Origin: an uncultured Chitinophagaceae bacterium
GTDB taxonomy: Bacteria > Bacteroidota > Bacteroidia > Cytophagales > Cytophagaceae
Direction of reading: 5' to 3'
NCBI GenBank assembly: GCA_964437245.1
Contig: CAYTGJ010000002.1
Location: forward strand, 42 to 64,041
Length of the DNA: 64,000 nucleotides
Shown: positions 49,331-59,011 of the stretch, one piece after another
Layout of the letters: every line of letters begins with the position of its first letter
Position numbering within the stretch: the stretch's first letter is position 1
Position numbers and translations under genes: made by a program
The notes under the pieces: generated by a model
Seen by the model: the letters and a program-made list of their open reading frames with translations, nothing else
What the model was told of the DNA's origin: nothing
Database searches by the model: none

Positions 49331-50296
49331 TTAGCCTTCACTAAAAGAAGGGAAACAGCGCAATAGTTCTTCTCTTGAAAAATTAACTTTATCAATCCCA
49401 AGATGACAGGACTCGAATTCACTTTGAAATTCTTTTCCTGCGAGATATTTATTTAGCAACAATTCAAATTTTTCATACTCTTTCCCACTTTTCAATGTCC
49501 CGAGTTTTTTCAGAAATTCATGATCCTTAAACCCGGACTTATACAGAATATAGAATAGTGCCCCTATAAAACTATCGTTGCTCCCAACCGGATACATTTC
49601 TCTATTCTTCATTGAAATTATTTTCCCATTTGAAGGATAAAAATCAAATTGCTCAATTGCATTTAACCCGATTTTTTTATCCATACCGATCAGGGAAAAA
49701 ATTTCTTTAGCCTGTTTTTTATATTTTTGAATAAAAGAACTTTTTTTCCAACGCAACATCATCGAAGTGCTTGTTTCGCTCCATAGTGCGTAGGTAACGG
49801 AAAAGTCCTGCGGATAAAAGACAACATGGGGCGTATAAGTATCTATAAATTCAAGACTTCCTTTTTCGTTTGAGTAAATTTTATCGATCTCTATTTCTGT
49901 TGTATTATCTGGATTTATTTTATAGCCCTTCTTAAATAAAACAGAAGTATACCCCGGACCAATGGGTGCAACCGATGAAAGAAGTAAATTCCCATGATGA
50001 TGTATACTTTGATGTGTCATAGCCGGATTTTTATCCGGCAGAGGCAACCAACAATTAGCTACTAAGGTATAATATTCGGTTTTATTTATAGGTAGTGCTA
50101 TTACTGGATTAATTCTGTTTGAAAGAAGGAAATCCTTCTCCAGTAAATTTCTTTTTATAATCTCGTGAAATATATTCATATCAGCCGCCATTTCTTTTAA
50201 GACAGGGGCAGCCAATGCGTGTGCTTTATATAAATCATTATTTCGCCTAAATACCGAAGTAATTTCTTTTAAGTACTCTTCTAACGATTTTTTCAT
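49331..50296 (-). CDS. hypothetical protein with His cluster (HQSIHHHG)
   Basis: 321-aa ORF. ATGA overlap with the upstream FkbM gene and a 12-nt gap to asnB. No family recognised. Confidence 0.55.
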   Translation of the reverse strand: MKKSLEEYLKEITSVFRRNNDLYKAHALAAPVLKEMAADMNIFHEIIKRNLLEKDFLLSNRINPVIALPINKTEYYTLVANCWLPLPDKNPAMTHQSIHHHGNLLLSSVAPIGPGYTSVLFKKGYKINPDNTTEIEIDKIYSNEKGSLEFIDTYTPHVVFYPQDFSVTYALWSETSTSMMLRWKKSSFIQKYKKQAKEIFSLIGMDKKIGLNAIEQFDFYPSNGKIISMKNREMYPVGSNDSFIGALFYILYKSGFKDHEFLKKLGTLKSGKEYEKFELLLNKYLAGKEFQSEFESCHLGIDKVNFSREELLRCFPSFSEG

Positions 50297-51120
50297 ACTT
50301 CAATAATTTTATTAAAATCAGCAACTTTTTCGGTTGGGATCATGATATAATTGGATTCAACATAAGCATCCTCATACGGATTCAGTTTTTTATGCTCATT
50401 GCATTTAAAAACCGAATACTTTATCTCACTAATAAAATTTGTGAGCTGAGATTCTTCAATATTAAATCCTTTCAGAAAAAACGGATTGATTTCTAATAAT
50501 ACTACAGGTCTGAATTTTTGAATCGTATTTTTCATACCTTGCAAAGCAAAAAATTCAGCTCCTTCAATATCTATTTTTACAAATGAGAGATTGGATAACT
50601 TTGGCAATAAAAAATCATCAATGGAAACAACTTCACAATCAAACTCCTCTTGTTTGTTAAATTTATAATGTTGCCCCTTCCCTTCCAGTTCATTATTCCT
50701 ATTCGCCATATGTGCTTGCCCTGCACTAATAGCACCAAAATCGACCACAGGAACCGAAAATCTCATTTTTTCTGTTTTAGCTCCTACTCCTTTTGAAAAT
50801 AGTTCTACATTGAGTTTATAGTGAGCGAGCACTTTCTGACAAACGGAATAGGTAAACGGAATAGGTTCAAATGCATAGACCTTTTTCGCAATTCTACCCA
50901 TCACCACAGAATAATAAGCATAATTTGCGCCGACATCTATTACTTCAGAATTTTTATCCATGAAATGTGGTAACAAATCCATCTCTATTTCATCCACTAA
51001 TCTGGAATCAATATCTCTGACTTTTGCCTTATACTGGAACCATTTGTATAAGTTCTTACTAAATAATTTAAATAACAATGGTTTTAGGAATGTTCTAATC
51101 GGAGAATTGACAGATGCCAT
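50293..51120 (-). CDS. FkbM-family methyltransferase
   Basis: VIDVGANYAYYS, YAFEP and VKIDIEGAE motifs. Confidence 0.8.
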   Translation of the reverse strand: MASVNSPIRTFLKPLLFKLFSKNLYKWFQYKAKVRDIDSRLVDEIEMDLLPHFMDKNSEVIDVGANYAYYSVVMGRIAKKVYAFEPIPFTYSVCQKVLAHYKLNVELFSKGVGAKTEKMRFSVPVVDFGAISAGQAHMANRNNELEGKGQHYKFNKQEEFDCEVVSIDDFLLPKLSNLSFVKIDIEGAEFFALQGMKNTIQKFRPVVLLEINPFFLKGFNIEESQLTNFISEIKYSVFKCNEHKKLNPYEDAYVESNYIMIPTEKVADFNKIIEV

Positions 51121-51218
51121 AATATTTTATTAAATTTAAAATATTCTTACTTATGTGTTTTGATACGTAATATAAGGACAAATATATAAGTTATTTTTGG
51201 CATAAACTACCATTAACG

Positions 51219-51226
51219 CAAAGATA
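51219..51226 (-). promoter_or_regulatory. candidate internal -7 box TATCTTTG within the polysaccharide locus
   Basis: CAAAGATA on plus, in the 209-nt gap, about 95 nt upstream of the FkbM ATG. The hairpin CTGCAT-attag-ATGCAG is adjacent. Confidence 0.35.
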
Positions 51227-51329
51227 GACTGCATATTAGATGCAGCCAGACAGGGTATTTGGGAATCGGCCTCTTTAAAAACTGTCTACCCTTATCAGTA
51301 ATAAAGGCTTACATTTTCAAACTTTTTTT

Positions 51330-52226
51330 CTAAAAACCCTTTTTCAAGGAAGAGCGAAATACATTGTAGAAGTACGAAAGAAAAGATCGGCTAAAACAAA
51401 CAAAAGGGTCTGTTTTAATAGCCTTCCAAAAATACTGAAAAGATTTTGCCTTGCTATCCACTTTTACAAGTGTTATGGCCATATATATATAAAGAATGGA
51501 ATATAATTTCCGGTATTGATACTTGGTAAAGGCATTTTTATTCTTCCGGTCTTCCTCTATTAATTGAATAAGAAGTAGAATACGGTTGGTAAATTTCTCT
51601 CCGTTCCTAATATTCAATTCGCCTCTCTCTTCGTGCCAAACCATCGCAGCACTTACTTGGTCAAAAACTGACAATCCGTACCGGGCGTATATTCTTAACC
51701 AATACTCATAATCTTCAGAACCAGAGAGCGTCCTGTCTTCATGGAATAACAAGTGTTCCGTTACATCTTTTCGTATAAATACACCCAGGCAAGCAAGAAA
51801 ATTCCCTTTGTATAATTCTTCCGGAGCACTTTTTTTATAGGGGAACAGAACCTTACCGTGTATATCAATGAATTCAAATGCAAGGTAAAAAAAGGGGATA
51901 GGATTGTTCTTTATAATAAGGGACGCATTCAGAAGATAATTACTGTAGAGTACATCATCAGAATCAAGGAAGGTGATGTAATCTCCTTTGGCATTTTGAA
52001 TGCCAACGTTTCTAGCAATAGCTCTTTCGGAGTTTGGTATTTTATAGTAACGTATTCTTGGATCCGCGAGAGAAGCTACTACTTCATTTGTATGATCGGT
52101 ACTACCATCGTCTACAATAATCCATTCAAAAAAATCATATTGCTGAGACAGAACACTTTCAGCCGTTTTTTTTAGTAAATGTGCCCTGTTATAGGTAGGA
52201 GTAATGATGGAGAAGAACAAAGGCAT
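51330..52226 (-). CDS. GT2-family glycosyltransferase
   Basis: FSIITPTYNR, VDDGSTD and FLDSDD (DxD) motifs. Confidence 0.85.
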   Translation of the reverse strand: MPLFFSIITPTYNRAHLLKKTAESVLSQQYDFFEWIIVDDGSTDHTNEVVASLADPRIRYYKIPNSERAIARNVGIQNAKGDYITFLDSDDVLYSNYLLNASLIIKNNPIPFFYLAFEFIDIHGKVLFPYKKSAPEELYKGNFLACLGVFIRKDVTEHLLFHEDRTLSGSEDYEYWLRIYARYGLSVFDQVSAAMVWHEERGELNIRNGEKFTNRILLLIQLIEEDRKNKNAFTKYQYRKLYSILYIYMAITLVKVDSKAKSFQYFWKAIKTDPFVCFSRSFLSYFYNVFRSSLKKGF

Positions 52227-52308
52227 ATTTTAAAATCACTATCATGCTTTTCAGCCGTTTATACTAGGTTAAAAGTAACTAGTTTTTATGAAAGAAATAC
52301 ATTTTCGC

Positions 52309-53181
52309 CTACAATATTTTCCAATCCACCGGGGACATATTTTTTGTTTCAATAATATTCGGATGTAACCAAATTTTTGGTGCAACCACCACTTTTGACG
52401 GATTGGGAGATAGATATGCACACCACCAGGCGAAGCTGCTGTTGGGAATGATAAAATGCTTGCAAGACATCATTAATTTCATGTATCGGGCAAATTTTTC
52501 GCCTTTATGTTCATGACTGACGAAATACATTTCACAGTCAAATTTTACGTTTTCGATACACCATTCGATATCGTCAGAAAATATAAAAACAACAGGTTTT
52601 TTTACCGTTTTTTTGATTATTTGCAATGCATTTTGATAATATTCCATTGGTAAAACCCCATGGGTTGAATTTGAAACAAAATCACTTCTTCTAAAATTGA
52701 TACAAATACTCTCTGTAGTCTCAATTAAATGGACAATTTCTTTAGAATTTTCAAACGGAATATGATTTAAGCTGAAATCTTTACGAACAACGTTCTCAAT
52801 ATTTTCAAAATATTTTATATTTTGAAAATAGCCATTCAAGTAAATATCTCCTTTTGCTCTTAAGACATTTGGATTGAAAAGAAAGGTTTGCTCGGCAACA
52901 TATTTTATTCTCTGATAGGGGAAAATTTTATTTTTAATTTTTTTGGATTTGCTCCGAAGCATATTGAAACTGGAAGAAATCTCGTCTGAAACAAATTCAA
53001 ACTTTAAATCAAAAATAGATAAATCAAAATCTCTATAAACGAATTCTTTTCGTTCGCGTCTGTCCAATAAAAACGTTTTGTCCAAAAGTAAAACATCATT
53101 ATTTAAAATTGACAAATGACGTCCCAACACATATTGAAACATCTGATTTCCAAGTCCGCCTGCTAATTCTGCAATAATCAT
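52309..53181 (-). CDS. GT11 alpha-1,2-fucosyltransferase
   Basis: N-terminal GGLGNQMFQY, a FRRSDF motif equivalent to HVRRGDY, and C-terminal SSFAWWCAYL. Confidence 0.8.
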   Translation of the reverse strand: MIIAELAGGLGNQMFQYVLGRHLSILNNDVLLLDKTFLLDRRERKEFVYRDFDLSIFDLKFEFVSDEISSSFNMLRSKSKKIKNKIFPYQRIKYVAEQTFLFNPNVLRAKGDIYLNGYFQNIKYFENIENVVRKDFSLNHIPFENSKEIVHLIETTESICINFRRSDFVSNSTHGVLPMEYYQNALQIIKKTVKKPVVFIFSDDIEWCIENVKFDCEMYFVSHEHKGEKFARYMKLMMSCKHFIIPNSSFAWWCAYLSPNPSKVVVAPKIWLHPNIIETKNMSPVDWKIL

Positions 53182-53184
53182 CCT

Positions 53185-53928
53185 TTATAACTTTTTGAAC
53201 CAGAAACAGCCACAACCGTAATTTTGCTTTTCCACCAATTCTGCAGGGGCATTTATGATAATTCCTTTTTCAACAGCGTCGTCAGGAATGAGCGAAAATT
53301 CTTGCAATTTCAATCCCTTAAACAAATTGACGATTTGCTCAAAACTATATACCCGATGTCCGTTAAACATAACTCTTGGTTTCCCGACAGGGGTTACAAA
53401 TAGTAAGTTCCCATCTTTCTGCAAAACCCTCGTTAACTCTTTACACGCTTTTTCATCTCCATACGGATCTATTTCGTCACCATATCTACCTAATCCGATA
53501 TGTTCAATCGTATGCATACAAGACATTGATTCAACTGAATTATTTGCAAAATCCAATTTCGTCAAATCTCCTTTCCCCGTCGATAAGTTGGATAAATTCA
53601 GAAACGCAGGACGGTAATCATAAAATTCGGTTGGAACAAATGCAGACAATGAGGTACAGAAATGTAAGGTAGAACTAATGTCAATATGTTTATTGGGGTT
53701 GATTTCTTTTACAATCCTCATAGCCCAAGCAGGATGATAAACATAGTGTGCGTCAAATGCTGTTGTTTTTGTTGCTTCCCCATATATAGGTAGGATATCC
53801 GAAATCTTTGCCTTTCTGCTTTCATCTGCTTTTCTGTTGTACTCCAAAAAAGATTTTACAGTTTTTATGTGCAGAAAAAAACGTAAATAGGTTACGCTTT
53901 TCCGAACGAAAGATATTATTGTTCTCAT
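53185..53928 (-). CDS. SAM-methyltransferase-like protein (DUF268-like)
   Basis: CMHTIEHIGLGRYGDEIDP and LLFVTPVG segments resemble the DUF268/Methyltransf_11 class. ATGA overlap with the upstream gene. Confidence 0.55.
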   Translation of the reverse strand: MRTIISFVRKSVTYLRFFLHIKTVKSFLEYNRKADESRKAKISDILPIYGEATKTTAFDAHYVYHPAWAMRIVKEINPNKHIDISSTLHFCTSLSAFVPTEFYDYRPAFLNLSNLSTGKGDLTKLDFANNSVESMSCMHTIEHIGLGRYGDEIDPYGDEKACKELTRVLQKDGNLLFVTPVGKPRVMFNGHRVYSFEQIVNLFKGLKLQEFSLIPDDAVEKGIIINAPAELVEKQNYGCGCFWFKKL

Positions 53929-54608
53929 TTCTGTTTCATTTTATCAATGAAAATAGTATTCAGATTTGTCTCTGCATAAATTTGGTAGTTATTTTTCTCA
54001 AAAAGATCAATAATCTCCCTGATTTTCTCGCCTCTCCCTTGCGGTGAAAAAGTGAGCGTTTCAACACAAAAACAAAATGGCCTGTACTTCCCAAAATCAA
54101 TATCCTTCAATATTTCATAGTTCCACCCTTCAACATCAACAGAAACCAAATTTATGTTCTTGTATTTCTCAAAAAGGCTGTTAATACTAACAAGGTCTAT
54201 TTGTTTTTCGTCTACCAGTTTGTACTCATTGGCCCTCAAAATATTATTCTTTTCCTCTTCCGAAAATGTATTCAAGGTATGAGCGTTGAACATATAGTAG
54301 GTCATTCGGCTGCCGTTTTGTTCAGGTGAACCGATCCCTACATTCATTATGACATCTCTTTTACGTGTTTTTTTCAACTTTTTACACAAGAGCGGATTGG
54401 GTTCTATTAAAACACCTCTACAACCTTGACGATAAAACAAGTACGTATTATTATTACGTTTAGAATCATTTGCTCCTATATCCAAATAAGAAACAGGCTG
54501 GCCATAAGAATATTTAAAAAGGTGTTCAAGTATTCTATCCTCACTCAGTTGAGAGAAGGTTAATTTGGCACCTAAAAATTTATAAATTATTTTATCTATT
54601 AACTTCAT
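53925..54608 (-). CDS. FkbM-family methyltransferase
   Basis: YLDIGAND, LIEPNP and VSVDVEG motifs. Confidence 0.7.
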   Translation of the reverse strand: MKLIDKIIYKFLGAKLTFSQLSEDRILEHLFKYSYGQPVSYLDIGANDSKRNNNTYLFYRQGCRGVLIEPNPLLCKKLKKTRKRDVIMNVGIGSPEQNGSRMTYYMFNAHTLNTFSEEEKNNILRANEYKLVDEKQIDLVSINSLFEKYKNINLVSVDVEGWNYEILKDIDFGKYRPFCFCVETLTFSPQGRGEKIREIIDLFEKNNYQIYAETNLNTIFIDKMKQK

Positions 54609-55548
54609 TTAAGAAATATTTTGTACATGCTATATCTGTCCCATTCTTCAACACCCATTCTCTTGGGTTGAAATTAGCATTTTGAAGCTTATCTTTAATA
54701 ATTTCATCAAATTCTTTTTCATCGTAAAAAAAGAGCCCTGTTTCATCGGTTAAATAAGGAGCGGAAGAACATCGGTAACTTTGTTTATTTGGAAGGTATG
54801 TCCAGTAGCCTGGATTCCAGACAAGCGTAGGAGTATTGGTGGCCCAAATCTCAAACAATGCCAATCCTTGCGATTCCTGCTCTACAAAATACACCACGAA
54901 GTCTACTGTTTGAAGTATTTCATTAAATTCGTTAAGGGTGTATCTCCCATAATAGAATTCAATAACGTTATAATTATGCTTTACTAAAATATCCTTGCAT
55001 TTATTGAGCAAGTATACCGAAGGTCGTTTTATATAAAACAACACGCTTTTTGTTTTTTTATTTTCAGCTACATTCCATTGGCTGACATCAATTCCCGAGG
55101 GAAAATAAGATAATCTTCCTTTTAGTTGCGGACAGTCTAACTCATAGTTTTCCTTTGTCCACCACGAATTTACGAGGTAAAAATCAACCGCACGATCAGC
55201 AATTAAGTAGTGATAATCGCTAGAAGAAATAACAATATTAGGGCCCGCAGTTAATTTTTTGACAAGGCCTTTCTTTTTCAGTTTAATGCACATTTTAAGT
55301 GCCTCTACTCCTGCCACTACGTGTACGTGGTTGTAAAAATGTTTCGTATTTCGGGGATTGTAATTATGCTCTATTTTTAATTCGTCTAATCCATTCAACA
55401 GACTTCGTACAACAGCAAAATGTCCTGTAACAATTCTGCCTTTATATACACTGATAGGTTTGTTTAACAACCTTTTCGTGTTGTTTATCAGTGCTCTTTT
55501 AGCTCTGTATACCGGGTTTAAGGAAGGTTCGGTTATTATGGTTATCAT
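54592..55548 (-). CDS. divergent GT-B fold glycosyltransferase
   Basis: C-terminal ESQGLALFEIWATNTPTLV resembles the EX7E region of GT4 enzymes. The N-terminal half is unassigned. Confidence 0.55.
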   Translation of the reverse strand: MITIITEPSLNPVYRAKRALINNTKRLLNKPISVYKGRIVTGHFAVVRSLLNGLDELKIEHNYNPRNTKHFYNHVHVVAGVEALKMCIKLKKKGLVKKLTAGPNIVISSSDYHYLIADRAVDFYLVNSWWTKENYELDCPQLKGRLSYFPSGIDVSQWNVAENKKTKSVLFYIKRPSVYLLNKCKDILVKHNYNVIEFYYGRYTLNEFNEILQTVDFVVYFVEQESQGLALFEIWATNTPTLVWNPGYWTYLPNKQSYRCSSAPYLTDETGLFFYDEKEFDEIIKDKLQNANFNPREWVLKNGTDIACTKYFLNEVNR

Positions 55549-55560
55549 AGAAAGAAAAAA

Positions 55561-55929
55561 TTAAACGCGTTTTACCATATTGTTGAACATTTCCTCCAAT
55601 GTTTGTTCCAAATTAAATTGATAATCCCAGTTTGGATAGTGATTTTTAAACTGGGAAACGTCGCTGATGTACCAAATGTGGGCGCCGATTCTGTTGGGTT
55701 CGGCATAGCTGTAATTCATTTTATTGCCGCTTATTTTTTCGCAAAGTTCCATCGCTTCGAACATTGGGCCGTTGAAAAAACGTCCACCGCCTGCGTTGTA
55801 AACTTCTCCTTGTTTCGAACTTTGGTAGTAATACCAAAACACATTGACCAAATCAAATTTGTATGCGAAAAGGTCTACGGATTCTCCCCGGATTAATCCC
55901 GACGAACCAGTTACGATTGCTACATTCAT
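55561..55929 (-). pseudogene. internally deleted NAD-dependent epimerase/dehydratase remnant
   Basis: 122 aa. A Rossmann-type N-terminus, MNVAIVTGSSGLIRG, is fused after about 28 residues to the C-terminal region of the family (EVYNAGGG...IGAHIWYISDVSQFK). Intact members are about 310-340 aa. Confidence 0.6.
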
Positions 55930-55932
55930 TTT

Positions 55933-56760
55933 TTATTTTACCAATCCAAGACTCAACGCAATCTCTTCACTACACAATAGATAATTGTAAAAATCGCTTT
56001 TTTCAATTTTAGACGTTTGCCTAATTTGTCCATTTTCGTCTATATTAAAATATAAATATCCCAAACCTGCAACAATTTTGTTTATACTTTCGGATATATC
56101 GTCATCAAGTATCTCAATAAGGATTGTTGGTCTATGTTGTACCATAAAATTTGAGTATCCTCTTAAAACCTCAGGTTCGTGCCTTTCTACATCAATTTTC
56201 ATTAGATCAATTTTTTTGATGCCATTCTGTTCAATAAATTGATCCAAGCTTATAGACTCAAAAGTTAGTGTCTCAAATTCTCCCGTATAATCTCCCAAAA
56301 CAACGATGCCATCTTTGTCCGACACTGCCTTATTAAGACAAGCTATATCAAAATTATTAATGTCATTATTTTTCTTTAAAAAAGGATAAAAAAGCTGATG
56401 AGGTTCAAATGCATAAACATTTGATTTTGGGGCTACCGATTTTGCAACTAAAGAATAGACCCCTGTGTTTGCTCCAATATCTACAATAGTAGTACTTTTT
56501 CTACAAAGTTCTATCCATAATTTGAGGGATATTTTTTCCCATTTATTCAACAACCCTTCCCAAAAAATCTCATTTTCTATAATGAAACCTGGGTGATAAA
56601 TTTTAAAACTTTCATTTTCGTTTACAGAAACCTTGAATTGTCCTTTGAAATGAAGATGTTTATAAATTGATTCTTTGGGAACCCCAAGAACTTTCATAGC
56701 TGAAAACATTTCCTTTTTAAAAGGAATAATATTGTAAATTGCTTTTAGCAGTTTTTTCAT
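55933..56760 (-). CDS. FkbM-family methyltransferase
   Basis: IVDIGANTGVYS, YAFEP and MKIDVERHE motifs. Confidence 0.8.
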   Translation of the reverse strand: MKKLLKAIYNIIPFKKEMFSAMKVLGVPKESIYKHLHFKGQFKVSVNENESFKIYHPGFIIENEIFWEGLLNKWEKISLKLWIELCRKSTTIVDIGANTGVYSLVAKSVAPKSNVYAFEPHQLFYPFLKKNNDINNFDIACLNKAVSDKDGIVVLGDYTGEFETLTFESISLDQFIEQNGIKKIDLMKIDVERHEPEVLRGYSNFMVQHRPTILIEILDDDISESINKIVAGLGYLYFNIDENGQIRQTSKIEKSDFYNYLLCSEEIALSLGLVK

Positions 56761-56857
56761 TGACTTATTTTAAATCCAAATTCTGTTGAAAGCTGTAAAA
56801 TTATTTACTCCAACTTTCCTGGTTTTATTAAATTGAAGGGTTACACTTTTTCGTTGT

Positions 56858-57013
56858 TTACAGTGAACTGATCACAAAAGCCATTATAGTTATAAAACAA
56901 GAGTCCTCTACATCTTTTGTTTTTCGTGTTGCATATTTGATAATTGTACGTGATGAACAATGCAAAAATTCTACGGATTCCCGTACGTTTAATCCTGAGG
57001 TGCCAATTACCAT
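56858..57013 (-). CDS. sub-threshold 51-aa ORF with HTH-like segment (possible remnant)
   Basis: Hand translation gives MVIGTSGLNVRESVEFLHCSSRTIIKYATRKTKDVEDSCFITIMAFVISSL. LNVRESVEFLHCSSRTIIKY resembles an excisionase/MerR-type HTH. This is weak evidence. Confidence 0.2.
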   Translation of the reverse strand: MVIGTSGLNVRESVEFLHCSSRTIIKYATRKTKDVEDSCFITIMAFVISSL

Positions 57014-57040
57014 TACTAGGTTCTTTTTTTTGTTATTAAA

Positions 57041-57604
57041 TTAACTATTTTTTACACAAGTAGGTTTTGCTGGGATTCCAAATGCAACGGTTGATTCTGC
57101 CACATCTCTGTTTACCAAAGACATTGCTCCGATAACGGCATTTTTACCTATAAAAACGCCTTTCAAAATAGTAGCTTTAGCTCCTATCCATACATTTTCT
57201 TCAATAAGAATAGGAGCGGTATCATATCCTTGATGCGCAATCAGTGTATCGCTCAAATCGTACCGATGATTTTGATCACGAATTACTACGTTTTCCGCAA
57301 TGGCACAATTCTCCTTTATTGTTATGTTCTGGTGTGATGCTATTACACAACCACTACCAATAAATGTCTTGTTTATCTCAATAACACCTCCATTGTCGGC
57401 ATTAATATGAGTAAAATCAGAAATATGGCAATCTTTCAGTATTAGCCGAGAACCATCAGTACATACCAGCTTCACTTTTTTCCCCAGATACACACTACCT
57501 ATAAAATGGATATCTCTATACATTATTTTGTAATGAGTTTTCAGAACAAAACTTCTGAATATATCGAAAAAAAAGAACACTTTTCTATATACTTTTCTGA
57601 ACAT
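57041..57604 (-). CDS. hexapeptide-repeat O-acyltransferase
   Basis: Left-handed beta-helix repeats (IGSGCVI, IAENVVI, IGAKATILKGVFIGKNAVIGAMSLV). Confidence 0.8.
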   Translation of the reverse strand: MFRKVYRKVFFFFDIFRSFVLKTHYKIMYRDIHFIGSVYLGKKVKLVCTDGSRLILKDCHISDFTHINADNGGVIEINKTFIGSGCVIASHQNITIKENCAIAENVVIRDQNHRYDLSDTLIAHQGYDTAPILIEENVWIGAKATILKGVFIGKNAVIGAMSLVNRDVAESTVAFGIPAKPTCVKNS

Positions 57605-57625
57605 AAACTAAGACAGCGTTTCTTT

Positions 57626-58870
57626 TCAACGTTCAATCCCCCCTACTTCTCTTGCTTTGTGTTTGTTAATGTAAGCAAAATAAAGCGTAACGGCTAACAA
57701 AATCAAATTGGATATGATGGAAGAATAAGCTATCCCCATAATATCAAATCGTACTATAAAGAAGTAGTTAAGAAGAAACGTAAAGGCAATGCCTGTAACC
57801 GAAACTATAATTATCTGATTATCATCAAGTTGATATAAAACATAAGAAATAAAATAATTATAAACCCCCCAAACAAAAAATCCAACCATGATGGCAAACA
57901 CGTATGGTTGGGCACCATGAAATTTTTTATTGATAAACAAATCAAAAAATATGCTCTTTGATATAAAAATGAAAACAAACAGTACCAACAGCATTGTGAT
58001 GAAGAATATGATAAGTTTTCTATTAAAATAGACATTGTCCTTTATGTCTTTATATATCATTGGTCGTACTACATTGTTGAGTGCCCCTATAATGATTAAA
58101 TAAATAGAGGCAAATGCATATGCGACACCGTATATGCCATTTTGTTCTGTCCCAAGTATATTTTCTATAAATATGCGATCAGATGCGGTGAATACTACTA
58201 TTGATAAGTTAAAAAGTAATAGAGGGTAACTTCTAACCAGCATTAACAGGTACTTGCTAATTGAAATTTTGAGTTTAAAATATCCTCCTTTGTATAATAC
58301 GTATGTAGAAGTAACAAAAGAAAACAACAATCCAAAAAACAACGATAAAATTCTTCCTGTCCAACTTAGCTCTAAATACTCAATTAAAATAATCACCAAT
58401 AATACCTCAATAATTATTTTCCCGATACTTATAATAAAGTACCAATTCAATATTTTTTCATACGTGATGATAGTAATATTGAATTCATATATAATTACAA
58501 TGTACGACCACAAGAACAGCAACACAAACAAGCAATAACTTACCTGAGTATCCACTAACAAGTCTTTAAATGGAAGAGATAGTACCGTTATGAAAATGCA
58601 CAATCCAAAAGTATAGATATAGTAACCAAAACAATTTTCAACGAAAAATTTACGGTCACTATACAACTTATTCGTTAAAAAAGCCCCTCCTCCAAGACCA
58701 ATGATAAAAACTAATATACGGGAATAGCTTGATAGTAACTGAACTAATCCGAAATCGTATTTTGTAAGGCGGTTTGTCAAAAGAGGAAGAAGCAATACAC
58801 TTACCATCCCCCCAATAAAACTTACGATACTAAAGACAGAGAAACTTTTTAATATTAGTTTTAAATTCAT
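57626..58870 (-). CDS. wzx: Wzx-type oligosaccharide flippase
   Basis: About 12 TM helices with MOP/polysaccharide-biosynthesis-protein layout. Start set at MNLKLILKSF (ORF-track start 58930). Confidence 0.65.
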   Translation of the reverse strand: MNLKLILKSFSVFSIVSFIGGMVSVLLLPLLTNRLTKYDFGLVQLLSSYSRILVFIIGLGGGAFLTNKLYSDRKFFVENCFGYYIYTFGLCIFITVLSLPFKDLLVDTQVSYCLFVLLFLWSYIVIIYEFNITIITYEKILNWYFIISIGKIIIEVLLVIILIEYLELSWTGRILSLFFGLLFSFVTSTYVLYKGGYFKLKISISKYLLMLVRSYPLLLFNLSIVVFTASDRIFIENILGTEQNGIYGVAYAFASIYLIIIGALNNVVRPMIYKDIKDNVYFNRKLIIFFITMLLVLFVFIFISKSIFFDLFINKKFHGAQPYVFAIMVGFFVWGVYNYFISYVLYQLDDNQIIIVSVTGIAFTFLLNYFFIVRFDIMGIAYSSIISNLILLAVTLYFAYINKHKAREVGGIER

Positions 58871-59011
58871 ATATGCAGCTTCGTCACCGTTAGGTACATT
58901 CTGGTTAGCGAAAAACGATCTGATATACAAAATTACAGCAAAATTCCATTAATCCTTTATAACACCATAAAATGTTTAAGACTAACATAATACCGTTAAA
59001 AAACCATAAAA

